DNA of 5,959 nucleotides from a virus (Duplodnaviria; Heunggongvirae; Uroviricota; Caudoviricetes): IMG/VR virus record IMGVR_UViG_2681813320_000011; one strand, 5' to 3'. Shown piece by piece: positions 5,651 to 5,959 of this stretch (position 1 is its first letter; each line of letters starts with the position of its first letter). The notes under the pieces were generated by a model. It saw only the letters and a program-made list of their open reading frames with translations, ran no database searches and was not told where the DNA came from. The position numbers and the translations under genes were made by a program.

Positions 5651-5866
5651 TTACTCTCCCCGCGCCGCCTTACGCTTATCTTCTTTAATCTTGAAATAAA
5701 GGTTTGTCAGATACGTCAGCAGGCCAAACAGCAGACTCCCCAGCACACCTATTGCCACCCACTGGGACGGAGAGACTTTGTCCAGCAGCTGCAGGAACCA
5801 GTAGCCCGTCCCCACCGCTGACGTGGTGTATGACACACCCGTTGTGATTTTTTCCATCTGGTACAT
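5651..5866 (-). CDS. S: Class II holin of the S21 pinholin type
   Basis: 71-aa [74 protein letters not shown] with two transmembrane segments and a basic C-terminus. It closely resembles phage 21 S and E. coli EssD/EssQ as I recall them. GGGAG SD lies 7 nt before Met1; a second Met is at codon 4. Confidence 0.9.
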   Translation of the reverse strand: MYQMEKITTGVSYTTSAVGTGYWFLQLLDKVSPSQWVAIGVLGSLLFGLLTYLTNLYFKIKEDKRKAARGE

Positions 5867-5898
5867 ACCCCGTCTCCCGTTATCCGGAAGCTGACAAC

Positions 5899-5931
5899 AA
5901 TAAAAAAGCCACCAGTTAACTACTGATGGCT
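5899..5931 (-). terminator. Rho-independent terminator upstream of the holin gene (tR'-like late-operon terminator)
   Basis: Minus-strand reading: AGCCATCAG TAGTTAA CTGGTGGCT (9-bp stem with one G-U pair, 7-nt loop; plus 5907-5931) followed by TTTTTTATT (plus 5899-5906). It lies about 33 nt upstream of the holin start, the position of tR' in lambdoid late regions. Confidence 0.6.
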
Positions 5932-5959
5932 CTGATAACTCATGCAGGCGTCTCAGACG

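Noticed and set aside
1-5959. CRISPR arrays, tRNA or rRNA genes, IS elements or integrase/att sites
   Set aside because: No spacer-repeat periodicity, no cloverleaf-compatible segments, no terminal inverted repeats with transposase-like ORFs, and no integrase-like ORF were seen in the window.

Overview
This window reads as the late-gene junction of an enterobacterial lambdoid prophage, with all late genes on the minus strand and no database search available to confirm any call. Running right to left: a tR'-like terminator (5899-5931), a lysis cassette (pinholin 5651-5866, DUF1327-like ORF, SAR endolysin 4718-5251, antirepressor-like gene, a 48-aa membrane ORF, Rz with embedded Rz1), a gene-poor AT-rich island (about 2383-3008) bordered by a divergent plus-strand ribbon-helix-helix gene, then an HK97/P27-type packaging module (HNH endonuclease, a cos-like intergenic region with a GTTAACAT palindrome array and a G7-T8-C7 element, TerS, and the 5' part of TerL running off the window). 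No tRNA, rRNA, CRISPR array or IS element was seen. The most interesting unexplained signals are the repeat architecture upstream of terS, the translationally coupled 48-aa membrane ORF between the antirepressor-like gene and Rz, the structured 270-bp spacer that splits the lysis cassette, and the AT-rich island with a candidate 46-aa membrane peptide. All identifications rest on motif recognition and gene order read by eye; coordinates of small ORFs were checked by codon counting.
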